From NCBI GenBank assembly GCA_964304625.1, contig OZ199838.1:6373731-6437730 (forward strand): a stretch of DNA of 64,000 bases, written 5' to 3'. Below are positions 12,375-28,252 of this stretch, one piece after another (the first letter of the stretch is position 1; every line of letters begins with the position of its first letter). The translations under genes and the position numbers were made by a program. The stretch comes from Kudoa neothunni. Taxonomy: Eukaryota > Animalia > Cnidaria. Below the pieces are notes generated by a model. It saw only the letters and a list, made by a program, of their open reading frames with translations. It made no database searches and was not told the origin of the DNA.

Positions 12375-12599
12375 TTTCTCAAGGATGCTCGCGCACGTCG
12401 AATTTAAGCTGATATTTGCTGTTATAACACCTCATTTTCTAATATCTCAATCTAGTTGCTCTTAAGAAAATTTTACTAACCTAATTTCTTTTCTTTTTAC
12501 AGTATTATCTCTTTTTAAACCAATTCTGCGGCTATCTTTTTTTTAATAACGTGACACAATTACATTTTTCCATTATGTATTTATAACTTTCTCTGAGTT

Positions 12600-13680
12600 T
12601 ATTATTGGTGTATCATAGGTTTCCAACACTCGATATTCTGTTCTTCGGCAGTTTCTTTTTTGCTGTTTAAAAAATTTTTGTCTAAATATTTTTCGCGACT
12701 TAGGTTTAAACAGCACTGAGTGTGATGAAAATTAATGGGTTTCCTTGACCAAAAATGTTCGTCAACTCCATAAAATGTATTAAGAATGAATAAATCAAAA
12801 AATGATAGTTTCAATCGTTTTTAATATATAAGATTTTCACTTAATCTTCATGAAAAATCCAACAAATCTAAATATTCTTTTTTTCATACACATGTAACAG
12901 CATAGTTTCGCATGCCATGAAAACCAATCATTGACATCTGATGTGTTCAAGGCTCTAATGAAAATTTGATGACAATATTTTCTGCACCTACGTTGATGTT
13001 CCACCATATAAAACGACATCAACATATCGGAGAGGTTTACCCCTCCCAAGTTTTTGTTATAATCATCTACAAAGATACTTATATTATTCCTTTGGTGTAC
13101 CTATCAAATCTTCTTAAAATGAAACAGACTCAACTGAGGAATGAGTGCAACAGTGAGTGACAACAGAGCTATCAAAACCGGAAGTAAGATACACAGTTCA
13201 TAAAATCTCCAGCATAATCATTTGAACCGCGTCCTAATTTCTTGAGCTTTCCATTTTATTGAATTGTATCTTTCTAACTGAATAAATATCTCGTCTTCTC
13301 AATAAATTTTACAGCGAAATAAAGGTAAACCAATTATCAAAATAAAGATAATGTTTATTTTAGTAAAACAAACTTTCACGAAGCTTAATAACAAAGTCAA
13401 CAAATTTTAATCCGTAGCTACTACCCATAATTGACTTATTTCCATCATGAAAATCAAACTAATCTATCAATCTACGAACACTGCATCAAGCAAACATTTT
13501 GAACCCTCATTTTTTTGCTCCTTTGGAATATATTGTTTTGCGTTACATTTTCATTAAAAGGGAATAATTCTTTCGTCTATAGAATTACTTATTTCACATT
13601 TTATTGTCAAACAGACTTCTCTAATTAAATTTAATAATGCGCAAAGTTTTTATATCTAGGAGAGTTTGAATCAGTCACAA
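12600..13680 (-). pseudogene. Decayed piggyBac (PGBD3-like) transposase
   Basis: Fragments KQYIP..GFKMF, YFDNWFT, MGGVNLSDML and a degenerate Cys tail, broken by stops and frameshifts. Confidence 0.7.
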
Positions 13681-13725
13681 TGCTGTTATTATTTACAAAA
13701 TATAATTATTTTGACATTTTAACTA

Positions 13726-13925
13726 GGCGCTGACTATTGACGTGGAGGGTTTTAATCCTCCCGACTTCCATTTATAGCCGATATAAAAAGTTTATTTTTT
13801 AGGGTCTGCTGAAATTAATTATTTTTGACTCTTTGCTATCACTCCGTGAGGACAACAAATAATTAAATACAGTCAAACTACACCTATCTTGATATTACTT
13901 ATGACTCATGACAATAGCCACTTCC
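13726..13925 (+). mobile_element. GG-terminal MITE, copy 2
   Basis: GGCGCTGACTATTGAC ... CAATAGCCACTTCC. 9-bp TSD TTTTAACTA / TTTTAATTA. Confidence 0.7.
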
Positions 13926-14979
13926 TTTTAATTATACCCATAATAAAGAGGAGATTTATATATCTCTGAATCTCTTCTACATTTACTTAGAAAGTGAAAT
14001 TTGTGATAGACATTTCTAATTAATTTTCTATATTTGATGGGATATAATCTCTTTGATACTTTAGATACAAGAATGTATCGTTATTTGAAGACCTAGAATT
14101 TTGGGTTTTATCCAAATCTTTGCCATAAGTAGTAGTTTCAAAGAGAAACATCTCAACCACTACAAACTATAACTGGTTGCTAAATATCTGCATCAGAAAA
14201 ACAACGATCTCATTCCTAAGTCAAGATTCTACTTTCACAATAAATTTTGAAAATTAGATCATGATCCCAATTTTCGCCGTTCATTTAAACCCCACTGTCC
14301 CATATACGACCCACGTCAATCTTATTCGATTTATCATTAATTTGTACATCTTTATTAGAAATTATATTCGTTTAAAAAGATATCTTATTCAGATACGGTA
14401 TAATACATTTTTTGATTCATAAAGCTAAGTTCTCTATATATTTTTCATTCATTTTAATTAATAGTAATATCAACTAACTAAATATAATTGTTTCAAGTTG
14501 AAGTATGTTAATAGCAAACCAAAATCATAATATAAGTGTAAATTGTTTGACCCACTAATGGGACATCGGGAACTAAACTTGAAGATTATGTTTGCATCAC
14601 ATTAACAGCAATAAGCTTTATTAGTACCCAGCCGAAAATTCACAGTCACATCAATGACGCTACCGACGTCAAGCAAAACATTTCGCTCTTTATTATACTT
14701 AAAATATTTATTACTATACACACGAAATCAAAAATTTTCAGTATTTTCTCTACAACTATTACACAACATTAAATTTCCAGAATGATAGGATAGATGTAGA
14801 ATAATGTAAATTTTAATTCTGTTTTAGACGAAACAAATATAACTTTAGCATTTATCTTATTGAATCACCCATCAAAGCATTATTGAAAAAAAAAATCTAA
14901 TCACAATTTATACAGTCAATATAGGCCTAAAAATCAGTTAATCTAGTAGCATTAATTAAGGAGCTGCAGTGGTAGGTTT

Positions 14980-16406
<1,427 letters not shown>

Positions 16407-17046
16407 TGTTTACACACGCTGGATGAGGGTACTTCGATATATTGAATGATTAGGATTCGGTCCCAATCGGGGCGTAATAAAAATCTACGAATTGATCTAC
16501 AGCCAGTCTCTATGTTTATAGTTAAATTCATAGTTACCTTATCTTTTCGAATCATTCTATTATTAGATGCCGATTCTTTGTACCGAAATAAAAGACGGTT
16601 TATTTTAATCCCATATAATTGTTTCACGATAAAACCTATTCCATATAAAATGCGAATTTTGAGAAATTATTTTTTTTATTATTGGAATAAATTATTATTA
16701 AAGGCAATATATATCTTGATGTTTATTTGTTTGCACCGTAGCTATTTTAAAGATCCGAATTTCCGTTAATCTCTGATATCTTCAACTTTTTTTAATTTGT
16801 TATAGTTAATTATTTCTATATCTTCTCTAAATTATAAAATAATTAACTATAACAAATATAATCAAAATTAAACGTATCCTAATGTTATTGTCAGTTAGAG
16901 TAGCCGGTTGCAATAATATAAAAATTTTTTGGATTTTAAGATTATGTTAAATGTAATAGCGACAATAATTAGTGCTTAATAAAATTGAAATGTATTATAT
17001 ACCTTTTCCGGTATTTTAAAAAAAATTCCGTAAAAATAACTTAAAG

Positions 17047-18860
<1,814 letters not shown>

Positions 18861-19490
18861 GCTGAAACGAAGACTAGGATTAAATCAAACGAAAGAGAGG
18901 GTGATATTAGGTTCGCAAAGCTTACCTAAATAGTCTCGAAATATTTTATATACCAAGTATTTTAAACTTATAATTTGGTTATCATATCTAACAAAGGGCC
19001 AAGTATTTATATCATAGGCGTCTCTTTACTTAAATTAAATTATAATGAATTGGTATATTTTTATCAAATATATGTATACATCGTATTAAATTAATGGTAA
19101 ACCTAAGAATTAAGACAAGTAAGTGATAATATAATTGTGATTAAACATTCATCGAATGTCACTGATTCGGATTCCCAAATATTACAAATAATGTTTGTAG
19201 AAAAACAATTACACCCAACATCATTTTTTAATGAATTATTAATAACGGCGTTTGTAATAAATCCGAATTTTGTAATATTTAGAGCCTTGTTACAATGCTA
19301 TAATATAAATTTTTTTTCTGACTTAGAATATATTTTTTTATAACTTCAAAGGCTAATATGAAAGAATTAATCTTTATAAAATAATAAAATGATGACTCAC
19401 GACGAAAAGTTTCGAAATATTTATCGTTGACTGTAAAATGGAAATTTTATCTAGTTCAATTCTGTAATAAACTTTTACTTTTTTGAAATA

Positions 19491-20774
19491 TAGGGTTTTT
19501 CGAGCTATTTTGTCACTTTGTCAAGTCAAGCAATACCGTCAATTTGGGTTTTTAGAAAATAATTTTAAAAAAATAATAAATTTTATTTTAATATAGATCA
19601 TTATGAGCATAAAAAAACTAAATAATTAAAACTGATATATTTTTGTAATATCCGCCACAATCAACAGAAGAAATAGTTTGGAACCCTTCATCAATATACT
19701 TTAATAGCTCCGTTTCGTTTCTTGATTGACTTCTTACGACATAGTTCTTCCACTTACTAAAACAATTCTCAATAGGGTTAAAAAATGGAGAGTAAGGGGG
19801 CAAGTATAATAGATTCAATTCTAATTGCTGAATTAACTCTTGCAATCCTTTATAATGATGTATCCTCGCATTATCAAGAATAAAGCAAGGAGTTTCAATG
19901 CCGATTTCATTACAGACATTTACAAGTTCCACGAGGTACGCCTTGAAATCTTCACCATTGACTGGCCGATGATTTATTTTATGGAATATCATGCCATATT
20001 TATTCATGACAGAAATTACGGAAATGTTCTTGCTTCTTACCGCACCGACACGAACGTATGCAGATGTTCCTGTTAAAGAGCGACCAGATTTAGTACGGCA
20101 CGAAACGCTGAAACCAATTTCATCTATAAAAATGAAGTTTTTGTCTTCGCCCTCCAACATTTTGGTGTTAAATTTCTGAGCATACAAAAACCGCTCTTCT
20201 AGAGTAGACTCGCAGTTTCTTCTTTGAGGGACGATGGTTAGAGTTTTTAGTGAGTGATGAAACTCGTTTAAGCATCTGTTTATGGTGCTAAGACTCACCT
20301 TAATTCCACACTCATCTAAAACTTTAACAGAGAGCGCCTTCAATGTGATAGTCGCGTCCTCGTCCACCCAATTTCTAAGATGGGATTTTTGTTCCATTGA
20401 GAGATTTGAACAATGATCACCTCCTCTCTTTGATGCTTTGGTTTTCCCAGTTTATGCATTTGATGTCACAATAGACGCAACAGTGATACGCGAAAGTCCA
20501 AAATCTTTTGCAATATACGAATTGCTTATATTTTTTTTCGCTTGCTTGATGATCATCATCCTTATGTCATCGCTAACTTGTTTTTTCGTCTTACCAGAGG
20601 AAGATTGCTCCTCGTTATTGGTGTCTAATAAAAGTTTATAATTAGTAGATCCTTATGAGTTTAATTACTCATAATTAATTTGTAAATATGGTTGAATTTA
20701 TACTAATAACGATGAGTGCAAGCACACGTGACGATATTGCTTGACAAAACGACGAAATAGCTCGAAAAACCCTA
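19491..20774 (-). mobile_element. Tc1/mariner-IS630 superfamily element (DD34E), 1284 bp
   Basis: ~45-50-bp TIRs TAGGGTTTTTCGAGCTATTT.GTC..TTTGTCAAG at both ends, flanked by TA. Confidence 0.9.
19618..20672 (-). pseudogene. DD34E transposase with one premature TAA and a predicted 44-nt intron
   Basis: FIDEIGF, ILDNARIH and LPPYSPFFNPIE, with 34 residues between D and E. An upstream HTH region is in frame but interrupted by TAA near 20452. Predicted junction ATGA|gtaatt...ttag|AC. Confidence 0.85.
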
Positions 20775-21575
20775 TAATTCGATAATATAGAACACTATTT
20801 TAAATTTGGCATCTAACGTCTGAATTTTATTTTAATTAGATTATATCTTAACTATTAACTTAATCGCTTTTGTTCTTATTTTTTGTAGATTTAAAATTAA
20901 ATTTCTCTGACGGATCTTTCAAAAATACCAAAATAAAACACGATGTCCCATGACTCTGATTATAACAAACATGAACTATCACGATAATGACTTTAATTAA
21001 ATCATTGTAATTACTATATTCAAACAAAATATTTGTTCTCTCATTATTCTATTCCAATAGATAGGTTTGAAGAGAAGTTATTGAGAGAATAAAATCTCGA
21101 GTGTACTCGCCCTCACGTATGTCAAACAATGGTAAGATAAACCTCACGGCGGATTATTTTAGATGTTTTGTTTTGCTTGCGCTAATACGCACAATGAGGT
21201 TACTTTTGTATGGTCGGTAAACCCTATGATTGGGAGGCTTTAACGTAATAAAATTTAATATTGAGTGTATATTCCTGCATCTTTATATTTTATTATATTT
21301 ATCTCCCTAAATCCGCAACTACGACCAATAATGACCAATGATTCTTTATTGTCGAAACTACATAACTGACTTCATTTTGTGCTAGTATGTAGCCATATTC
21401 TTCACCGTCAAAATGTTATCAACCAGAATGTCGAAGTGAGGAATAATTAATTGGTATATATGAAATGTTGATGCCCCCGATGTTTAGAAGGAAAAAAGGC
21501 GGGTAAAAACATTATTTTACAAAATCAGGTCAAAAATTATGTACAGTGTACAAAAAAATTAAAAAGGTTCTATGT

Positions 21576-24464
21576 TTATCTAAGAGTGGGGATATTTCTC
21601 AATAATGAACATACTTTCTATAATTTTAATATTAGTTAATGAGCTAAAATCAAGAAAGAATTTATAACCTTTTTCGAAACAACGTTGAAAGGAAAAACTT
21701 TCCAAAATCTAACTGTTTCGTCTCCAGCACCAGTGACAATATCTTGACCATCAGGAGATACAGCCTTTTGTAGATTATTGGGAGTTACCATAAAACAAAC
21801 AAGCTACCATCTGTAACACTCTTGATGAGTGTCCCTTGAGTTTGATCACTGTAGACATCTCTGGATAGTCCCAAATAGCAATGGTGTTATCGTTGTATCC
21901 ATGAGTTGAAAGAAGTCTTTTCGAATGGATAGACCATGCCAGGTTACAAACTTGGGAGACGGTTGAAACCGATTTATTAAGAGTAAAAGTAAGAGTATTC
22001 CAGATTTTGATAGTCCGATCAGCTGAGCCCCCTCCAGAAGCTAAGATTCCATTCTAAAATCAATGAGTCCTTGTTAGAACCCAACCTTATAACGTGTACT
22101 TCATGTGGACTCCAAGCGAGCGCTCGTACTGCAGCTGAATGGGAGTGAAGCTCAATCATGGGTTGAGAGTTATGAAGACTCCAAATAATGAGCTAAAGTA
22201 ATCATTAGGATTGATTCTTTAATTTAAAAAAAACAGTCACTTTATTATCGTTCCCTCCAGAGGCTAACATGTGGCCTCCTGGGCTCCATTTAAGACCACA
22301 AATCTAAAAAAATATAATGAAAGTAACATTCCTATATTATAACCTCATGAGAATGTTTGCTGAAAGATAGAACAGGAAGACTTGTTGTATTTTCACGGAC
22401 ATCAAAATGAAGAATTTGTTTGTCTTTACTACCGCTAGTAAAGCAATGTCCGTTCCAATCCAGTGTGCCTTGATAGACGGAAAACTGAAGGTTTCGAAAC
22501 ACTGAATGGTGTACTTACCTATTCTGTCTTTATGAGCAAGTCGTTGCAGGACACATTTTTCACTTTCAGTATCCCAAAGTTGGATTCGGCCTTTAGCTGT
22601 ACCGATAAGAACTTTTTTTGGCTAAATTGCATTCGATTAATCAAAACTTTATTTAAAAATATTTTAAAAAAGACAATTAAGTACGCCCTTTATTTATTCG
22701 GTTAATTAGAGATTGCTGGATACTCATGTTCAAAAAATTTAAATTATTATCTGAACAATTATTTAAATTTTTAAAAATTAAACATAAAGAAAAAGAACTA
22801 ATAAACAATAACAAAATGCATTAATCATACACTCAAGATAGTCCCGGATTTATTTAATGAGACAATTTGAAATCATTATCGACAATAAAAACCCAATTAA
22901 TGTCTTTATTTATTGGAATAATATTAAAATAATAAACTTAATTGAAATTTTAGATTATTATAATAACAATCCTTTTATTAAATATAATAAAATAAAAGAT
23001 TTACAAATGTTTTCTATAAGATTCTGAGGACTGAAAAATAAAATTAAAACGATTGCATTTATTTTTTTATTTACACCCTAATTTATAAAAATATCACTAT
23101 ATATATTTTAATAAGGAATTTTATCAATTACAGAAAAAGGAAATTTAAGAACAGATAATAATGAAGCAAATTACTTCTTGTTTTGACCAAGCAACAGATG
23201 TGATTGACTCTTTGGTTCTGCTAAAATCGATCATTTCTCTTACCTATATGGAATTTAGTCGAGATATGAATAACAATTTCCCACGTTTTCGTTTTCATAG
23301 TTATAAATATAAAATTTTGTGTCAAGAGCCACAGCGATTTTGTTGTAATCTGACCAGTCGATGAGCTTAAGGTAGAAGTCATCCTATGGAGGAATGGATG
23401 TCAAAGGTAGTTATCATTTTCGCGGCCAATAAACATGGAACTACCATAATTCCTGGAGCATCGAGAACCTTATATGCACACACTTCTGGTAGCCATAATT
23501 TCTATTAGAAATTTCAGAAATAATGGAAAAAAGGAGATTTTTACTTTTCTAGGCGAAGAAAGTGTGCTTTTCCTAAAATAAAGCCTCAAATCCACGCTTA
23601 AAAATGTGATTTTTTACGTGGAAGCGCTGAAAGGGACTTTTGGTGACTTTTCAAACAAACTATTAGTGGCGCTGTTTTTCAGGTTAGGTGTGTACTAAAT
23701 AGGTCCAAAATTTCATCTTTTACAACATGCAATAATATACATCCAGTAGAGGCTTTTGTGGTGAATTTTTCATAGGGCTTTTGTACGGTTCCTAAAATTT
23801 GCAAAAACAAATTTTTAAGATATAAGTTACTTCTGTTGTTTTTCTCATATCATCTCCTATTATTTCATTGGCCAGAATTTTTGAATTAAGGTAGAAGAGG
23901 CACCGCCTTTCAACTGAATTATCATTGGATAGTAAAAATAAATCAACGTGTGCATCATTACCGTTTTCTTCTATTTCAATATCTGAGGGTTTTAGAATAT
24001 TGTAGTTGGGACTAATGTGACTGAAGTTAGCGGCATCGGTACTACGGAAAAAATTAACCACCTATTCTAAAATAATATTTACGTTGACGCATCAGTTTCT
24101 TGATTTTTTAAAGGTGATTGAAACTCAAACTAAAAATTGTTTATGTGTATTTAATAATGGTTGCATTTATTAAAATACGTTGTTTTCTTGAGTTGAAATA
24201 ACTTGATTTAGAAGATCATCATCTTTATCTTCACAACTTTTTGGCATATATCTAATAAAAAATTCCGAAATATAATACCATAAAAAATTTATCAACATAA
24301 AAAATCACCTCTGATTTGGAAGTAGCGTCTTTTTATATGGAATAGTAAAATCAAGTAGAAGATTCTCTCTCACCGGAGACTTTGAAAGATTTTCAAACTA
24401 TGAAAAATGTTATAATGAATAAATAAGTGATTATAAGGAATAATATTTTAAATAGGAGCACCAT
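21576..24464 (-). CDS. FZR1: APC/C co-activator Cdh1/Fizzy-related (CDC20 family WD40), multi-exon
   Basis: KVLDAPG..DDFYLKLIDWS, ICGLKWS..LASGGNDN, AAVRALAWSPH, LASGGGSADRTIKIWN, SQVCNLAWS, STHGY, GHSSRVL and SPDGQDIVTGAGDETVRFWKVF. ILANEIIG and SPRK blocks favour Cdh1 over Cdc20. The start is tentative. Confidence 0.88.
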
Positions 24465-25008
24465 CCATCATATAACAAAACAAAAACAATATTCGGGTAG
24501 AGTTACTCTACGTTTGCAAGGAACCTTAATTGCAGCGTCAAATTTCATAACTATTTATAAAGAAATAAATGAGGTCAGCCAAAATGACAATCAATCTATT
24601 ATAAGTCAGTATCTGTCGGGAACCGCATAGAGATTTCGGTCGGCATAATCAATGAGATTTCGCTTTACATACAATTGATATGTATAAATACTTGGATAAA
24701 ATTTTTACCTATTTGTTAATCTGGGTTTAAGATGAAAATGTCATTAAACTGAAAAATAATTAAAAAAAGATATTGATGAGATACGAGCACATAGAAACAA
24801 ACAATGACATTTTATGTCTGTTTATTTGTATCGAAAATATTACACAGTATTTCACATTTAACACACATTAAACACTCACTCAATAACAAATTTTAAGTAA
24901 TTTATCAAATAAAGCTTAAGTCCAACAAAAATAAATATTTTTAAGCCCATTTATTTTTAGCGTTTATTGGTTGTAATCCCTTTCGGAATTATCTGCTGTC
25001 AAGGGGTG

Positions 25009-25439
25009 TTAAGTTTGACAGGTTGTGAGAGATGGGAAAGTATTACCTTGATAATTTCCGAAAACTTCTCCAATTTTGATATAATACTCATACATTCATT
25101 GCAGTAAGCATCAACGCATAAATGCGAATCCATCATTGCAAGTTTTTTCAGTCTGCTCCAGGTTTTCATCTGTAATTCCTTTCTCCAGCCGATTCGCAAT
25201 TCCCCAGTGTAAATAAAATTCCGGAATAATAGCACCTGCAAAATTAAATATACATATAAATGGATAAAGATAATTTCTTTGTCACCAAATTCGATTAGTA
25301 GTACTAATAAAGATGTTATCGATATAGTAGATTTCTATCCTCCAACAACCTTAATGTAATGGATGTGTCAATTAGTTTGTTTGGGGTAGTTAACATTGTC
25401 CCACAATTGAACACTATGACTAAATGAACCCTGATTCAT
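25009..25439 (-). CDS. Possible small spliced hypothetical gene or gene fragment
   Basis: GT-AG introns of about 50-60 nt can join MNQGSFSHSVQLWDN|KSTISITSLLVLLIEF|GAIIPEFYLHWG...TCNDGFAFM. No recognised family. Confidence 0.25.
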
Positions 25440-26071
25440 TCTATTCAGTCATAAATTTAAATTTAATAATTTATTATCATAACTTTACCATAGTGCTATA
25501 ATCATATTATATTCTTGTTTAGATAAATTGAATAATAGATGGGTTTGTTTATCGAAAAATAATTAGATAATAAATATATTAATAACTAATCCTTGTTATA
25601 AAATACAGGTGTGGTAATCAATGATAAATAGGCTTATTAGGGTGTCTTATCTAAAAGTTTCTACGGTAACCGTAAAACTTCAAATTAATAACGAAACTCT
25701 CACACATTACTATACAAAGTTGATTGTAACCTATTCTAAAAAGACAATATTATTCTTGTGGTTTCATGTAATCTTTTCTTCGTAAGAGGCTATTTTTACG
25801 ATAAATATGATCTTATGATGGACATTAAGAAGATTTTCAGGATCGATGGTACTTTAATGTGAATGCACAAACAAATATTGAGATTAGGTAATTAATTTTC
25901 TTTTGGCACCGAAGGACTAACACATTCAAAGCCTAATGCTTTTCTGTCATTATTGGGGTTTTTCACTTAGGCTAAAATCTTAAGTTTTTTTTATTTGTGT
26001 ACAAAAATAAGGTTATATTGAATGATTGGTTTGATTATTACGTCAAATTTTAAAGTGTATTATACTTCGAA

Positions 26072-26300
26072 TAAAGTAGCTATTTGCACCGTAAATAATA
26101 TTCAGGTGCCGCAAAGCTTTGACTATATTTATTTTTGACCCACCGCTTCGCTTTTAGACTTCTGAAATAATTAAATATAGCAAATTCAAATAAATTAAAT
26201 CCATATATGGCTTCTGAGTAAGAGTTGCAATGATTAAAAATTATCACCTCGCATGCGCGTTCGTAGTTTAGGATTAAATTATACCATGTCAATAACCACC
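26072..26300 (-). mobile_element. GG-terminal MITE, copy 3 (reverse orientation)
   Basis: Reverse complement aligns along its length with the copies at 10343 and 46651. Contains CGCATGCGCG. TSD not preserved. Confidence 0.65.
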
Positions 26301-28252
26301 ATATTTATATTGAGCTGATTCCAACATCTACATAAATAGCTCCCAGCATTTCTTATTTTAAACTTTGCGCTAAGACAATTACAGTCGTCTCTAGATATTG
26401 TATGGTGAGTTGATATTAATACCTATAAACTCATTTGATTCTTCAAATCATAATAGTCAAAATTAATTATATTTAAAATTCAATATAATATAATATAGAA
26501 TAAATAAATAAATAAATAATTTCAACATATATAGCAAAATCCGGATATTACTTAGTAAAATGTATTCTCTTTTAATGAATACACCCTATATTGCGCACTT
26601 AGCGCTTGCGCAATACAATAAAAAGTTATGTGGGTTTTAACACTTCTTAAATAGTTATTCTAAGATCTATTTAATAAATGATCAAACGAGCTTTATTTAA
26701 TTTTAATTTTTTTAATTCTTTATACCTAAAATTTACATAATTAACATAGAATTGTTGTAAATATATAAACTCCGACAATTTGCCCATCAAATAGTTGGTT
26801 TGTTATGACAAATGAATTGCTAAATTGTATTAAAATAAGTTTTCTAATGGTTATTTTTGTTTTATTATCTTAAACTCTCTGTATTTTTGAGCCAAACAGT
26901 ATCCAAGTGCTCACTATTATTATTTTTTTCGATTTAACAAGTTAATTGTATATAATTTTTTAGAAATAACATTTTTTTAATAGAATGATATTAGTTTTAG
27001 TTGATATATTTTATCACGACGTTTATATCTATTTCTTGATAACTAAATGAAACAATAATGGCCGTAATAACAACTGAATATTTATAAAAAACTTTTTAGG
27101 TAGTTAAAATTTCGACGGTACATAAAATACTGATTGAAAAAATCCTCGTAAAGTTTATTTTACTATTATATGACGAAAATCTGGCATTCTCTTATTAACG
27201 AATAATAAACGTTTTTTATCTAAATCGAATATATGTTTGATAAATCAACAATTATTTACAATGTATTTTAAAGTAACAATTTTGTTCCCTATAATATATT
27301 ACTTTAAGATAATATTGGATATGATGTATTTAATTAGATTAACATTATGACGAAGAATACAAAACTGAAGGAGGAGATATATGCAGTCAATCAGAAGAGA
27401 AAAAATCATTTAATGATTTTTTGTGTGTATTATTAATAAACTTTTCGTGAATGGTGAACACAATTTAGATGAGTAAAAATTTTGGAGAAAATCTTAATCT
27501 CAGAATCGATACGATATACGACGCACCGGAGAAGCTTCTAAGCTTTTTATGATAGAAGATCTAGGTGGTCTATTAAATTTTTATACGATCTAAGAATAAA
27601 TTTCCAATATATAAACAATTGGAGTTGTCATAACACTCAAAACAAACTATTTTAAGCCAATGCATTAGTTATTTCAATAAAATTTTACAAAAGTTTTATT
27701 TTACGCACTCTGTTTTTATCTAGCACTAACTTGAATCTCCTGTTTAGCGCTCAATATCCAGAGACGACTATATCTAGAAATTTTATTTTATTGAAATCTA
27801 TTCACGAAATCAATTTCTAGGCTGTTATGTTAATTAAAGACACGCCCAATTTGCAATAACAAACGCGGTCCTAATAGAACTCGCTAGTATAGAAAGGGGA
27901 AGCTCTGGCGAATCAACTGTTAAATTATTACTTTTTTTAAAATCTAAAACACGGACAAAAATTTATTTTATTTAATGAATAAACATGTTGAAAACCTGTA
28001 CAAATAATCATAAAATGTAAGGTATCGTTGCCAGTTAATTATCAAATCACTTATTAAACAGGGAGACAAATATTTTAAATTAAATTTTACCATAAAAATA
28101 TGATATTTAAAAATATCAACAAATCTACTTGGAAAGTAGAAAACACTACTATTACCTACTCGAATGAGGGTTCATGTGCATAAGCGCACGCAGTTATAAA
28201 GATCTCAAATCGAGATTAACTCAAAATATTGACAAGATACATCTATAGGAAA

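Noticed and set aside
20438-20641. In-frame TAA in the Tc1-type transposase as stop-codon reassignment or readthrough
   Set aside because: Host genes end normally in TAA/TAG and use TGG for Trp; a nonsense mutation in a transposon is simpler. The + strand ORF here is only its antisense shadow.
24043-24061. VNFFRS in ORF 23792-24061 as the Cdh1 C-box
   Set aside because: These bases fall in a predicted 40-nt intron; QRYMPKS is the better candidate.
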